DNA of 52,136 nucleotides from an uncultured Desulfobacteraceae bacterium (lineage in GTDB: Bacteria; Desulfobacterota; Desulfobacteria; Desulfobacterales; JAABSP01). This document shows, in pieces, positions 34,508 through 43,313 of the stretch. The position numbers were made by a program, and so were the translations under genes. How positions within the stretch are numbered: the stretch's first letter is position 1; each line of letters starts with the position of its first letter. The stretch spans positions 1-52,136 of the forward strand of contig CAYPCE010000002.1 in NCBI GenBank assembly GCA_964409085.1, written 5' to 3'. The notes beneath the pieces were generated by a model. That model saw nothing but the letters and a program-made list of their open reading frames with translations. It ran no database searches and had not been told where the DNA came from.

Positions 34508-35164
34508 TTACGCCATGGAAAGAACCTGATCCACAAGCTTTTCAATGCCCGCGGCCACGTCCTTGATGCCGGGACCCAGCATATAGGCCGGGGTCGAGAC
34601 GATCCGATTGGGTTCGTCGATGCAGATCTCGTCCACGGCGCAGTCCTGGTGCCGCCCCCCCATGGTTTCAATGGCGGAAGCCGTTCCGGGGTCGCTGCCG
34701 ATGGTGACCGTCGGCTTGCGATGGGCCAGGGCCTTCACCAGGGGTGCCGGTGCGATACACAGCGCGCCGATGGGTTTTCCGGCGTCGGCCATTTCGCCTA
34801 AAATACGCGCCGTTCCGGGCTCCACCGCCGCATCGGCGCCTTTTTCGGCAAAGTCGCTCAGGCTCTTGGCGGCCCCGAAACCGCCGGGCAGGATGAGCGC
34901 ATCCAGGTCGTCCGCCGATACATCGGCCACATCCCGGATCTCCCCCCGGGCGATCCGGGCCGATTCCGTCAGGACGTTGCGCCGCTCTCCGGTTTCGTCC
35001 TGGTTGAGATGATTGATGACATGGCGCTGATCCATATTGGGCGCCATACAGACGATCTGGGCCCCGTTGCGATCCAGGAACAGCAGGGTGAGCGTTGCTT
35101 CATGGATCTCGGCGCCGTCAAAAACGCCGCAGCCGGACAAGAGGACCCCTACCCGTTTGGCCAT
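34508..35164 (-). CDS. elbB: Isoprenoid biosynthesis glyoxalase ElbB (DJ-1/PfpI superfamily)
   Basis: MAKRVGVLLSGCGVFDGAEIHE...D.LILPGGFGAAK.L...IGALCIAP is a very close match to the ElbB pattern. 218 aa. Confidence 0.85.
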   Translation of the reverse strand: MAKRVGVLLSGCGVFDGAEIHEATLTLLFLDRNGAQIVCMAPNMDQRHVINHLNQDETGERRNVLTESARIARGEIRDVADVSADDLDALILPGGFGAAKSLSDFAEKGADAAVEPGTARILGEMADAGKPIGALCIAPAPLVKALAHRKPTVTIGSDPGTASAIETMGGRHQDCAVDEICIDEPNRIVSTPAYMLGPGIKDVAAGIEKLVDQVLSMA

Positions 35165-35181
35165 AACCGCCTCCTTTCGTT

Positions 35182-36819
35182 CTATTCGCCGGTTTCGCCC
35201 TTGAACAGGGCATTCAGATAAAATTGACGGATGTCGTCCAGATGATCGAAGGAATGGGATGGATCGATATTTCGGGCCGCCATCTCCTTCCGGATATCCC
35301 CCGCCAGCACCTTGCCCAGTTCGACGCCGAACTGGTCGAAGGGATTGATGGCCCAGATAAAGGCCTCGAAAACCGTCCGGGCTTCATAGAAAGAGAGCAA
35401 CCGGCCCACACTCTCCGGAGAGAGATCAGGCAGCAGGAGGGTCGACGAGGGGCGGTTGCCCGGGAAGGTTTTCTCCGGTCGGTCGTCCGTTTTGCCGACC
35501 GCCAGTGCCATGGGCTGGGAGATCAAATTGGCCCAGAGTTCCTGGTGGTTCGTCACGCCTTTGGAGGTCGCGGTGTACGCGGTGTACTGGGGTCGGACGG
35601 CACCGATGAAATCGATGGGAAACGGCCGGCCCTGGTGGGCCAACTGGAAAAAGGAGTGCTGGGCGTTGGTGCCCGGTTCCCCGAACAGGATCACCCCGGT
35701 CGGGATGTCCAGAAACCGGCCCTCCGCTGTGACCGATTTCCCGTTGCTCTCCATGTAAAGCTGCTGGATATGGGCCGGCAGTTCGCTCAGCGGATCGGCA
35801 TAGGGGATGATGGCCTGGGCGCCGTATCCCAGGAAGTTGTTGTTCCATATACTGATCAGCGCGGCCAGGAGCGGCAGGTTGTCGGCCTCTTGGGTATCCC
35901 GGGCATGGGCATCCATCTCCCAGGCGCCTTTCAAAAACCGTTCGAACACCCGCTCGCCGAGATAAAGGCTTAAAGGGACTGCACCGACGGCGGAACTCAC
36001 GCTGTACCGCCCGCCGATGAAATCGAACATGTGGAAGGCCCTGAGTACCGGATTGGACCGGTCATCGCCGGGGCTGCCCTTGGCGGTAACCGTCACCACG
36101 TGATGGGCGGGATCGAGCCCCTTCTCTGCCATGAAATCATAGGCCAGACGGGTATTGGCGAGGGTTTCCGGGGTCGTGTAGCTCTTTGAAATGACGATCC
36201 ACAGGGTCCCCTCGGGGCGGATGCGGGCGGCGATCTTGCCGAAGTTGTGGATGTCCACATTGGCCAGATAATGGAGGCGGAGGCCACCGTTCGCATAGGC
36301 CCCTAACGCCTCGGATACAAAGAGCGGGCCCAGATAGGAGCCGCCGATCCCGATGACCACCAGATCGGTGAACGGCGCTCCCGTCGATCCCGTGATCCGG
36401 CCTTCCCGGACTGCCTCCGCAAAAGCCCGCGTTTCGTCCAGGACCCGCCGGATCTCCGGCATCACGTCTTCTCCCTCCACGGTAACGGGTTGTCCGGAAA
36501 CATCCCGGCAGGCCGTGTGAAGGGCCGCGCGGTGTTCCGTCCGGTTGACAATGGCGCCGGCCATCATCTCCCGAAAACACCGCAGCACCTCCCGCTTTCT
36601 GGCGAGATCCAGCAAGCGGTCCATAACGGCCGTGTCGATCCGCTGACGGCTGTAGTCGAAAAACAGCCCCCCTCCCCACCGGGAAAACCGCGAAAACCGA
36701 TCCCGGTCCGCCAGCAGATGCTTCAGGTGCTTTGCGGGGGTGGCCATCCGCCCGGCCTGCTGATGCAAATCGGCCCACTCCGGCAAATCCGGCGCTTCCG
36801 GCAAACGGCATTGGGTCAT
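35182..36819 (-). CDS. pgi: Glucose-6-phosphate isomerase
   Basis: 545 aa. Motifs DYSRQRI, IGIGGSYLGP, SKSYTTPET and GEPGTNAQHSFFQL.HQG. Confidence 0.95.
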   Translation of the reverse strand: MTQCRLPEAPDLPEWADLHQQAGRMATPAKHLKHLLADRDRFSRFSRWGGGLFFDYSRQRIDTAVMDRLLDLARKREVLRCFREMMAGAIVNRTEHRAALHTACRDVSGQPVTVEGEDVMPEIRRVLDETRAFAEAVREGRITGSTGAPFTDLVVIGIGGSYLGPLFVSEALGAYANGGLRLHYLANVDIHNFGKIAARIRPEGTLWIVISKSYTTPETLANTRLAYDFMAEKGLDPAHHVVTVTAKGSPGDDRSNPVLRAFHMFDFIGGRYSVSSAVGAVPLSLYLGERVFERFLKGAWEMDAHARDTQEADNLPLLAALISIWNNNFLGYGAQAIIPYADPLSELPAHIQQLYMESNGKSVTAEGRFLDIPTGVILFGEPGTNAQHSFFQLAHQGRPFPIDFIGAVRPQYTAYTATSKGVTNHQELWANLISQPMALAVGKTDDRPEKTFPGNRPSSTLLLPDLSPESVGRLLSFYEARTVFEAFIWAINPFDQFGVELGKVLAGDIRKEMAARNIDPSHSFDHLDDIRQFYLNALFKGETGE

Positions 36820-36997
36820 GGCGCCTCCTGGGTGTCACGTTCGGATAATGGAATCATGTAAAAAAAGATACCTATCATAAAAAATATCCAACGTCAAGGG
36901 CCGGCGAGCCCCCGGCCTTTTGAGTGAATTTAATCGGTTATGGTTGCCGGAGGCCCCGGTCGCCCCGGTGGTGGTGGCCCATCGCTATGCGTAGTTA

Positions 36998-37026
36998 TTG
37001 ACAGGGGTAGGTACGGCTGCTATTAT
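36998..37026 (+). promoter_or_regulatory. Strong sigma70-type promoter upstream of the MglA module
   Basis: TTGACA (36998-37003), a 17-nt spacer, TATTAT (37021-37026), in an AT-rich 450-nt intergenic region. This implies a ~235-nt 5' leader before the first Roadblock ORF. Confidence 0.6.
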
Positions 37027-37267
37027 CCTGCTTGATTTAATCTCAATTTGGCTGATTTTTCTAAAAATATTTTGACAGCCGATCGATTTTTCAGCTAAAA
37101 AGTGCAATTGATGTGAACTGCACCGGAGCGGATTTCTCCATGCCGGGTCATGGTCGCCAAACCAATATCATGCAAGCCTTGACGGACCCTACCGTATGCG
37201 GTTATCGGCATCAACTTAAACCAATTTGATCGCTTGAGATTTGACTCAACTGATGGGGGAGTAAACA

Positions 37268-37690
37268 TTGGGTTCCCATTACGATGATCACAGCTTTTCG
37301 GAGGTCGCCCTGGGCCAGGAGCAGCTCGATCACATCGAGACGATCCTGCAGGAAGAACTCGTGGAAAGCGGCGTCCACAGCGTATTGCTGATCGACCTGG
37401 CAGGGAATATCATCGCCCATCGCGATAATGGAAAGTGCGATCATGACGTCTACTCCCTTGCTGCCCTCGCTTCGGCCAATTTCGCCGCGGTCGACACCAT
37501 GGCAAAGATCGTCGGAGAGGAGGAGTTCTCACTCCTTTTCCACAAAGGGGAGAACGAGAATATCCATTTCAGTAAAGTCAGCAATGATTTCCTCTTGATT
37601 ACCATTTTCGGAAAAAAGGTCACCCTCGGTCTATTGCGCTTGAAAGTGGCGGAGGCCATTGAAGAAATCAATCATATCATCCAGAAATAA
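37268..37690 (+). CDS. Roadblock/LC7 (MglB-like) domain protein, paralogue a
   Basis: 140 aa. TTG start with GGGGGAG 6 nt upstream. alpha-beta-beta-alpha-beta-beta-alpha Roadblock pattern (...SGVHSVLLIDLAGNIIA...SLAALASANFAA...FLLITIFG...LG.LRLKV). Sits immediately upstream of the MglA-like gene. Confidence 0.75.
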   Translation: MGSHYDDHSFSEVALGQEQLDHIETILQEELVESGVHSVLLIDLAGNIIAHRDNGKCDHDVYSLAALASANFAAVDTMAKIVGEEEFSLLFHKGENENIHFSKVSNDFLLITIFGKKVTLGLLRLKVAEAIEEINHIIQK

Positions 37691-37770
37691 CGAAAGCCGG
37701 CATCGATCTTCTCACCATGCTCACCATCGACCGACACAACGAACAACTTACCGGGTAGGAGGGACCAGTC

Positions 37771-38370
37771 TTGGCGTTCGTCAATATGAAAACGAAGGAG
37801 GTCCAGGCGAAGATCGTTTATTACGGTCCTGGAAGGGGCGGGAAAACGACCAATCTGGAATATATCTACGGCAAATTTCGGGAACGGATCAAGTCCGAAA
37901 TGGTCAGCATCAAAACGCACGGGGATCGGACACTCTTTTTTGATTTCCTGCCTTTTGACATCGGCAAGATCATGGGGTACGATGTGAAGGTGCAGTTGTA
38001 TACCGTGCCCGGTCAGGTCAAGTACGATGCCACCCGGAAACTGGTGCTGAAAGGGGTAGACGGCATCGTTTTCGTGGCGGATTCCCAGGTGGAGCAACGG
38101 AAGAAAAACGTCCTTTCCCTCAAAAACCTGCAGGAGAATCTGGCCACCTATAAAAAAAGTATCTTCAAAGTGCCCCTGGTGCTGCAGTACAACAAACGCG
38201 ATCTCAAGGACTTGCCCCTTCTGCCCGTCGATGTCATGCAAAAGGACCTCAACAGCCAGCTGAAAGTCCCCTCTTTCGAGGCCAGCGCCGTCACCGGGCA
38301 CAATGTGGTGCCGACCCTGAAGAAGATCATATCCGCGACCATGGCTTCCCTGCAAAATGTTTTAAAATAG
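37771..38370 (+). CDS. mglA: MglA-type Ras-superfamily small GTPase
   Basis: MAFVNMKTKEVQAKIVYYGPGRGGKTTNLEYIY...GDRTLFFDFLP...LYTVPGQVKYDATRKLVLKGVDGIVFVADSQ...QYNKRDL is collinear with Myxococcus MglA from residue 1. TTG start with AGGAGG 8 nt upstream. Confidence 0.85.
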   Translation: MAFVNMKTKEVQAKIVYYGPGRGGKTTNLEYIYGKFRERIKSEMVSIKTHGDRTLFFDFLPFDIGKIMGYDVKVQLYTVPGQVKYDATRKLVLKGVDGIVFVADSQVEQRKKNVLSLKNLQENLATYKKSIFKVPLVLQYNKRDLKDLPLLPVDVMQKDLNSQLKVPSFEASAVTGHNVVPTLKKIISATMASLQNVLK

Positions 38371-38381
38371 GAGGATAAACA

Positions 38382-38804
38382 GTGGGCTCCGATTACGACG
38401 ATAATGCCTCTTTTTCGGACTTTTCCCTGGGTCCCGAGCAGCTGGAGGCCATTGAGGGCGTTCTGCAAGAAGAACTGATCGACAGCGGCGTACACAGCGT
38501 CATGGTGATCGACATGGCTGGCAACATCATCTCCCAGCTGGACAACGGCAATTGCGACCATGACCTTTACTCCCTGGCCGCCCTTGCATCGGCCAACTTC
38601 GCGGCCGTCGACACCATGGCGAAAATCGTGGGGGAAGAAGAGTTCTCCCTGCTCTTCCACAAAGGGGAAAGCGAAAACATCCACTTCAGCAAAGTCAATG
38701 CGGAATTCCTGTTGATCACCATCTTCGGCAAAGACGTGACCTTGGGCATTCTCCGGTTGAAAGTGGCCGAGGCCATCCGAAAGATCAATGCCATCTGGGA
38801 ATAA
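38382..38804 (+). CDS. Roadblock/LC7 (MglB-like) domain protein, paralogue b
   Basis: 140 aa, roughly three-quarters identical to paralogue a by eye. The GTG start lies 7 nt after AGGAGG, which overlaps the mglA stop. Confidence 0.75.
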   Translation: MGSDYDDNASFSDFSLGPEQLEAIEGVLQEELIDSGVHSVMVIDMAGNIISQLDNGNCDHDLYSLAALASANFAAVDTMAKIVGEEEFSLLFHKGESENIHFSKVNAEFLLITIFGKDVTLGILRLKVAEAIRKINAIWE

Positions 38805-38825
38805 CCGTTCAGATAAGGAAGACAA

Positions 38826-39689
38826 TTGGCCGCTACAAACGAAAAGGACACCGGCGGCGATATGGACATCCGCCTGAATGACGACCATTTCGGGGATGAA
38901 GACGCCGGCGACGGGCCTCTGGATTCGGAAAAGGTCAGAGAGGTGGACGATCGACTGGATGCGTTTTTCAGTGAAGACGATGAAGACGCCGGCCCCTTCG
39001 GAGATGATGCCGCCGCTCCGACCGGCGACCGCCCCGTCGTTAAGAAAAAACCACAACCCAAAACCGGAACGGGTATAAGTGCAATGGATGTCGAAAATTC
39101 TACGCTCAACAATTTGAAATCGATCATCCTGCAACTGGAGTGGGAAATCAGCGAGGAGGTGATGAGCCGTCTTGTGGAAGAAATCACCCACCTCGAAAAA
39201 ACCCATAAAGCGGATAAAATCGCGGTGGCCTTTTTCCAGTTGATGGGGGCTTTGGGCAAATACATTCATAAAAAGCAGGCGGATGCGCACCCCGATTCCA
39301 TCGGGCTCATCAACTCCGTCTACGAGAGCCTGGAAAAATGCCTGCTGTCAGAAGACCAGAGCGAAGCGGAAAAGAAAAAAATGCTGATGGTCGAACTGGA
39401 CAAATACAAGCAGCTCAAAGAACAAATCAAAGATGCCCCCAAAAAGAAAAAAACCCCGCCCAAACCACCTGCCGCCGAGCCGGTCCGGACCGAACAGGTC
39501 GAAACGGGCGCCGAGGAACAACCGGGCTCCGAGCCCTCTGTCGTTGACGCCGGATCGGATTACGGGATGGACGAAGACCCCGATGCGCCGGCCACCAATC
39601 GGGATCTCCTCAATGTCCTGGTCCGGATCCAGCAGACCCTGGAACGGGAGTTCCAGGCCTTGAGGCAAGAGCTGAAATCACTGAAATAA
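38826..39689 (+). CDS. Acidic protein with disordered D/E-rich ends and a helical/coiled-coil core, unknown family
   Basis: 287 aa. N-terminus ...DDHFGDEDAGDGPLDSE...FFSEDDEDAGPFGDD. Core NLKSIILQLEWEISEEVMSRLVEEITHLEK...DKYKQLKEQIK. A KKKKTPPKPP linker. C-terminal helix LLNVLVRIQQTLEREFQALRQELKSLK. The start is ambiguous (TTG 38826 or ATG 38862). Confidence 0.55.
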   Translation: MAATNEKDTGGDMDIRLNDDHFGDEDAGDGPLDSEKVREVDDRLDAFFSEDDEDAGPFGDDAAAPTGDRPVVKKKPQPKTGTGISAMDVENSTLNNLKSIILQLEWEISEEVMSRLVEEITHLEKTHKADKIAVAFFQLMGALGKYIHKKQADAHPDSIGLINSVYESLEKCLLSEDQSEAEKKKMLMVELDKYKQLKEQIKDAPKKKKTPPKPPAAEPVRTEQVETGAEEQPGSEPSVVDAGSDYGMDEDPDAPATNRDLLNVLVRIQQTLEREFQALRQELKSLK

Positions 39690-39768
39690 TTTCATCCCCC
39701 GCCACATTTACCCATGAGTCAATGGATCACCGCCTTGTCTATCGTATCCAGCCTGGAGAGCATTGATC

Positions 39769-40248
39769 ATGATCATCTTTTGTGAGGAATGCGGCTCTCG
39801 AAATGTTGTCGATGGGGAAGCAGCCAAAGGGGGCGCTGCACCCCGCTGCGACACGTGCAACACCATTCTGGTCCTCCCCGGGTCCCCGTCGGCCGCTTCG
39901 ACGATCTCCCAGAAAAAAGGCCCCCGGCTGGAACTTTCCTTCCGCGACAATGCCCTGGAGATCAGCCAGGCCCGGCCCAGCATCACCATGGGCCGCCAGA
40001 GCCACAACAACCTGGTGGTCGAGGACAGCCGGGTGTCCCGATCCCATGCCCGGATCGTTTTCCGACAAAACGAGTTTGTCCTTATCGACCACAGCACCAA
40101 CGGCACGTATGTCTTTATCAAAGGGGAAAAAGGCATGAACCTGAAGCAGAACGAAATCCTGCTCCAGGGAAGCGGGATCTTCGGATTGGGCCGAAAAGTG
40201 GCCCCCGATTCACCAGAGGCGATCCACTTTTCAGTGGTCCCTTCCTAA
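39769..40248 (+). CDS. Zinc-ribbon plus FHA domain protein
   Basis: MIIFCEECGS...PRCDTCNT (a CxxC...CxxC ribbon), then an FHA core ITMGRQSHNNLVVEDSRVSRSHARIVFRQNEFVLIDHSTNGTYV. ATG 39769 lies 8 nt after GGAGAG. The listed TTG 39763 is too close to the SD. Confidence 0.8.
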   Translation: MIIFCEECGSRNVVDGEAAKGGAAPRCDTCNTILVLPGSPSAASTISQKKGPRLELSFRDNALEISQARPSITMGRQSHNNLVVEDSRVSRSHARIVFRQNEFVLIDHSTNGTYVFIKGEKGMNLKQNEILLQGSGIFGLGRKVAPDSPEAIHFSVVPS

Positions 40249-40348
40249 TCCTTGCCAGCAGCACCATCCCGTTTTCCGGCGGAGACCGCCGCTGCCGGCA
40301 TCTCCGCCCCACCCATCGCACGGTTGAGGTCGAATATGTAGAGGGCTG

Positions 40349-41116
40349 TCAAGCGCTCTGACTGGCGGCCGGGTCCCGGACCAGCATGGTGGACGGGTCC
40401 AGCACCAGGGCCGTTCGGTCCGCCCCCTGTCCCCCTTTCAGCGGCTGGACAAGAATCGCCTTCCCATCCGGCTTCAACTGAAATGCCACATCAAAATCAT
40501 CCATTACGCGGCCCAGCGTCACCGGCACGCCATCCGCCCCGACGGGGTCTTCCCGGTGGGTCTGAACGGCGAACCAGATGTGGAGACCGTAGGCATCGGC
40601 CAACCCTTTTAAATCGGAGAGCGTCGCCCGGATATCCTCGTCTTCGAAGGCGAGCCCGTCGATGAGCATGATCTGCGGAAGGAAAATATCCTGCTCGGCC
40701 AGATCGGAGAGGCGCTCTTCCAGTTTCGGGACGCTGAACCCGCCTTTTTTGAAAGTCATGATCAGGCGGTGGGGGAGAATGGTTTCCCACATCTGATCCA
40801 TCGGCTGGATGTCATACACGGCCGCAATGTTCCGGAAGACCTCCTCGTACCAGAGGCAGACTTTTCGAACCGGATCCGCCAGACTCACATGGAGCACGTT
40901 CCGGCCCCGGAGCAGGCCGTCCAGAGCCAGCTGGACGAGGAGGGATGTCTTGCCAAGGCCGGCCCGGGCCAGAACGGCCCCAAAACCCCCCACCGGCAGG
41001 ATGTCCTCGTTGAGTTCACGGCCGTCGTTTCCCATCACGCGGAGGGGGTTCCGGAAAATCAGATCCTTCTTCAACATGCTGAAAACCCTTTCTTTCAGGT
41101 GGATGACGTCCGCCAT
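40349..41116 (-). CDS. KaiC/RecA-superfamily P-loop ATPase (single domain, 255 aa)
   Basis: Start MADVIHLKE... (ATG 41116) overlaps the EF-G stop (TAATG). Walker A ARAGLGKTS, Walker B-like IMLIDGL, and overall KaiC/RadA-like strand order. The listed 60-aa N-terminal extension is off-frame EF-G sequence. Confidence 0.55.
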   Translation of the reverse strand: MADVIHLKERVFSMLKKDLIFRNPLRVMGNDGRELNEDILPVGGFGAVLARAGLGKTSLLVQLALDGLLRGRNVLHVSLADPVRKVCLWYEEVFRNIAAVYDIQPMDQMWETILPHRLIMTFKKGGFSVPKLEERLSDLAEQDIFLPQIMLIDGLAFEDEDIRATLSDLKGLADAYGLHIWFAVQTHREDPVGADGVPVTLGRVMDDFDVAFQLKPDGKAILVQPLKGGQGADRTALVLDPSTMLVRDPAASQSA

Positions 41117-43200
41117 TACGCGACGTTCTTCTTTTCCTCGGCCGCCTTTTTCATCAGCTCCTCGGCGATGGATTTGGGCACCTGCTTGTAAGCGGCGAAC
41201 TCCATGGTGAACTGGGCCTTGCCCTGCGTGGAGGACCGCAGCACCGTGGAATACCCGAACATGTCGGACAGCGGCACCTCCGCTTCGATGACGCACATGG
41301 GCCCTTCGTCCTGGGACCCCAGGATGATGCCCCGGCGCTGGTTCAACGTGCCCATGACCGCGCCCTGGAATTCGGTGGGGGTCTCCACCGCCACCTTCAT
41401 GATGGGCTCCAGGATCACCGGTCTGGCCTTGTTGTATCCTTCGAGAAAGGCACCCCGGGCCGCAGCCTGGAAGGCCATTTCCGAAGAGTCCACCGCATGG
41501 GAAGACCCGTCGTTGATCACCACCTTGACGTTGGTGACCGGATATCCCAGCTTGGGTCCCTTGGCCAGGCAGTTCCGGAACCCCTTTTCGCAGGAGGGGA
41601 TGAACTGGGTGGGAATGGCCCCGCCGGTCACCTTGTTCTCGAAAACGAAATCGGCTTCGGTCGTCGGCTCCATATACCCGGCCACCCGCCCGAACTGGCC
41701 CGCACCGCCGGTCTGTTTTTTATGGATATAATTGAACTCCGCGGGTTGGGTGATGGTCTCCCGGTAGGCCACCTGGGGCATCCCCGTCTCCACGTCGGCC
41801 TTGTATTCCCGGCGCATCCGCTCCAGATAGACCTCCAGGTGGAGTTCGCCCATGCCGGAGATGATGGTTTCGTTGGTCTCGTCGTTGACGAAGGTCCGCA
41901 GCGTCGGGTCCTCTTTGGTGAACCGGTTAAGGGCCTTGGACATGTTGATCTGGGCCTTGTTGTCCTTGGGCACGATGGCCAGGGAGATCACCGGTTCCGG
42001 CACGTACATGGAGGTCATGGTCAGCTCCATGCCCTGGTGGACAAAGGTATCGCCCGAGGCGCAGTCGATGCCGAACAGGGCCCCGATCATGCCGGCGGGG
42101 ATGGTTTCGATCTCCTCCATCTGGTTGGCGTGCATCCGGACCAGACGGCCCACCTTCACCTTTTTCCCGGTGCGCACATTGTAGATAGTGTCGCCCTTGG
42201 AAAGGGTTCCCTGGTAGACCCGGATGTAGGTGAGCTGGCCATAGGGGCCGTCCTCGAGTTTGAAGGCCAGTGAAATCAGCGGGGCTTTGGGGTCTGCGGT
42301 CAGGGGAACCTCTTTTTCTTCGTCGGTCATCTCCATGGCGAAGTTCTTCACTTCGTCGGGGCTGGGCAGAAACTGGGCCACGCCGTCCAGGAGGGGTTGG
42401 ACCCCCTTGTTCTTATAGGCGGACCCGATAAAGACGGGTGTGATCTCCCGGGAGAGGGTCCCTTTTTTCACGGCATCCACGATCATCGCTTCGGGGATCT
42501 CCGCTTCCTCCAGGATCGCCTCGGTCAGTTCGTCGGAAAAAAGGGATGCCTCGTCCACCAGCTCTTCCCGCCGTTCCCTGGCTTCCTCCATCAGGGCTTC
42601 GGGGATCGCTTCCTCGCGAACGATTTCGCCATTGTCGCCGTCGAAATAAAGGGCCTTCATGGAAATCAGATCGACCACGCCCGTGAAGTCCGCCTCCAGC
42701 CCGACGGGGATTTGCATGGCAATGGCGTTGTGGCCCAGTTTTTCCTTGAGCTGATTGACGACCCGGAAGGGGTTGGCACCGCTCCGGTCGCATTTGTTGA
42801 CGAATGCGATCCGGGGCACCCGGTACCGCTTCATCTGCTGATCCACGGTGATGGACTGGGACTGGACTCCCCCCACGGCGCACAGCACCAGAACGGCCCC
42901 GTCGAGCACCCGGAGGGCCCGTTCCACTTCGATGGTGAAATCGACGTGGCCCGGGGTGTCGATGATGTTGATCTCGTGGCCCTTCCATTCGCAGAAGGTG
43001 GCGGCCGAGGCGATGGTGATGCCCCGCTCCTTTTCCAGCTCCATGGAATCCATGGTGGCCCCCACGCCGTCTTTTCCCTTGACGTCGTGGATGGCGTGGA
43101 TCCGCTTGGTGTAGAACAGCACCCGTTCCGTCAACGTGGTTTTGCCCGAGTCGATGTGGGCGCTGATGCCGATGTTTCTGACGCTTCTGTTCGCGATCAT
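41116..43200 (-). CDS. fusA: Elongation factor G (mtEFG1/spd-type paralogue)
   Basis: [31 protein letters not shown] (the mitochondrial-EFG1-like signature rather than MDWMEQE), [13 protein letters not shown]. Full five-domain length, 694 aa. Confidence 0.9.
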   Translation of the reverse strand: MIANRSVRNIGISAHIDSGKTTLTERVLFYTKRIHAIHDVKGKDGVGATMDSMELEKERGITIASAATFCEWKGHEINIIDTPGHVDFTIEVERALRVLDGAVLVLCAVGGVQSQSITVDQQMKRYRVPRIAFVNKCDRSGANPFRVVNQLKEKLGHNAIAMQIPVGLEADFTGVVDLISMKALYFDGDNGEIVREEAIPEALMEEARERREELVDEASLFSDELTEAILEEAEIPEAMIVDAVKKGTLSREITPVFIGSAYKNKGVQPLLDGVAQFLPSPDEVKNFAMEMTDEEKEVPLTADPKAPLISLAFKLEDGPYGQLTYIRVYQGTLSKGDTIYNVRTGKKVKVGRLVRMHANQMEEIETIPAGMIGALFGIDCASGDTFVHQGMELTMTSMYVPEPVISLAIVPKDNKAQINMSKALNRFTKEDPTLRTFVNDETNETIISGMGELHLEVYLERMRREYKADVETGMPQVAYRETITQPAEFNYIHKKQTGGAGQFGRVAGYMEPTTEADFVFENKVTGGAIPTQFIPSCEKGFRNCLAKGPKLGYPVTNVKVVINDGSSHAVDSSEMAFQAAARGAFLEGYNKARPVILEPIMKVAVETPTEFQGAVMGTLNQRRGIILGSQDEGPMCVIEAEVPLSDMFGYSTVLRSSTQGKAQFTMEFAAYKQVPKSIAEELMKKAAEEKKNVA

Positions 43201-43261
43201 CTTCGTCTCACTCCCTGTGGATAGAGTGCCGGCCCCCGTTGCCGGGACCGGATTGTCAGGA

Positions 43262-43313
43262 ATAAAAAAAATCCCTCATTCGGAAGCCGCTCCGATGGGG
43301 ATTCGGTACATAC
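43262..43313 (-). terminator. Intrinsic-terminator-like hairpin plus U8 tract in the 5' leader of the EF-G gene (possible attenuator or 3' end of a small RNA)
   Basis: Minus strand: AAUCCC-C-AUCGGA-GCGGCU-UCCGAAUGA-GGGAUU followed by UUUUUU-A-UU (A-run 43264-43271 on the plus strand). It ends about 61 nt upstream of the EF-G ATG. No minus-strand gene ends nearby. Confidence 0.5.

Noticed and set aside
40249-40348. Terminator between the convergent FHA and KaiC-like genes (CCGGCGG-AGA-CCGCCG hairpin around 40278-40293).
   Set aside because: It has a 6-bp stem with a 3-nt loop and no U-tract on either strand. It cannot be distinguished from background GC-rich hairpins.
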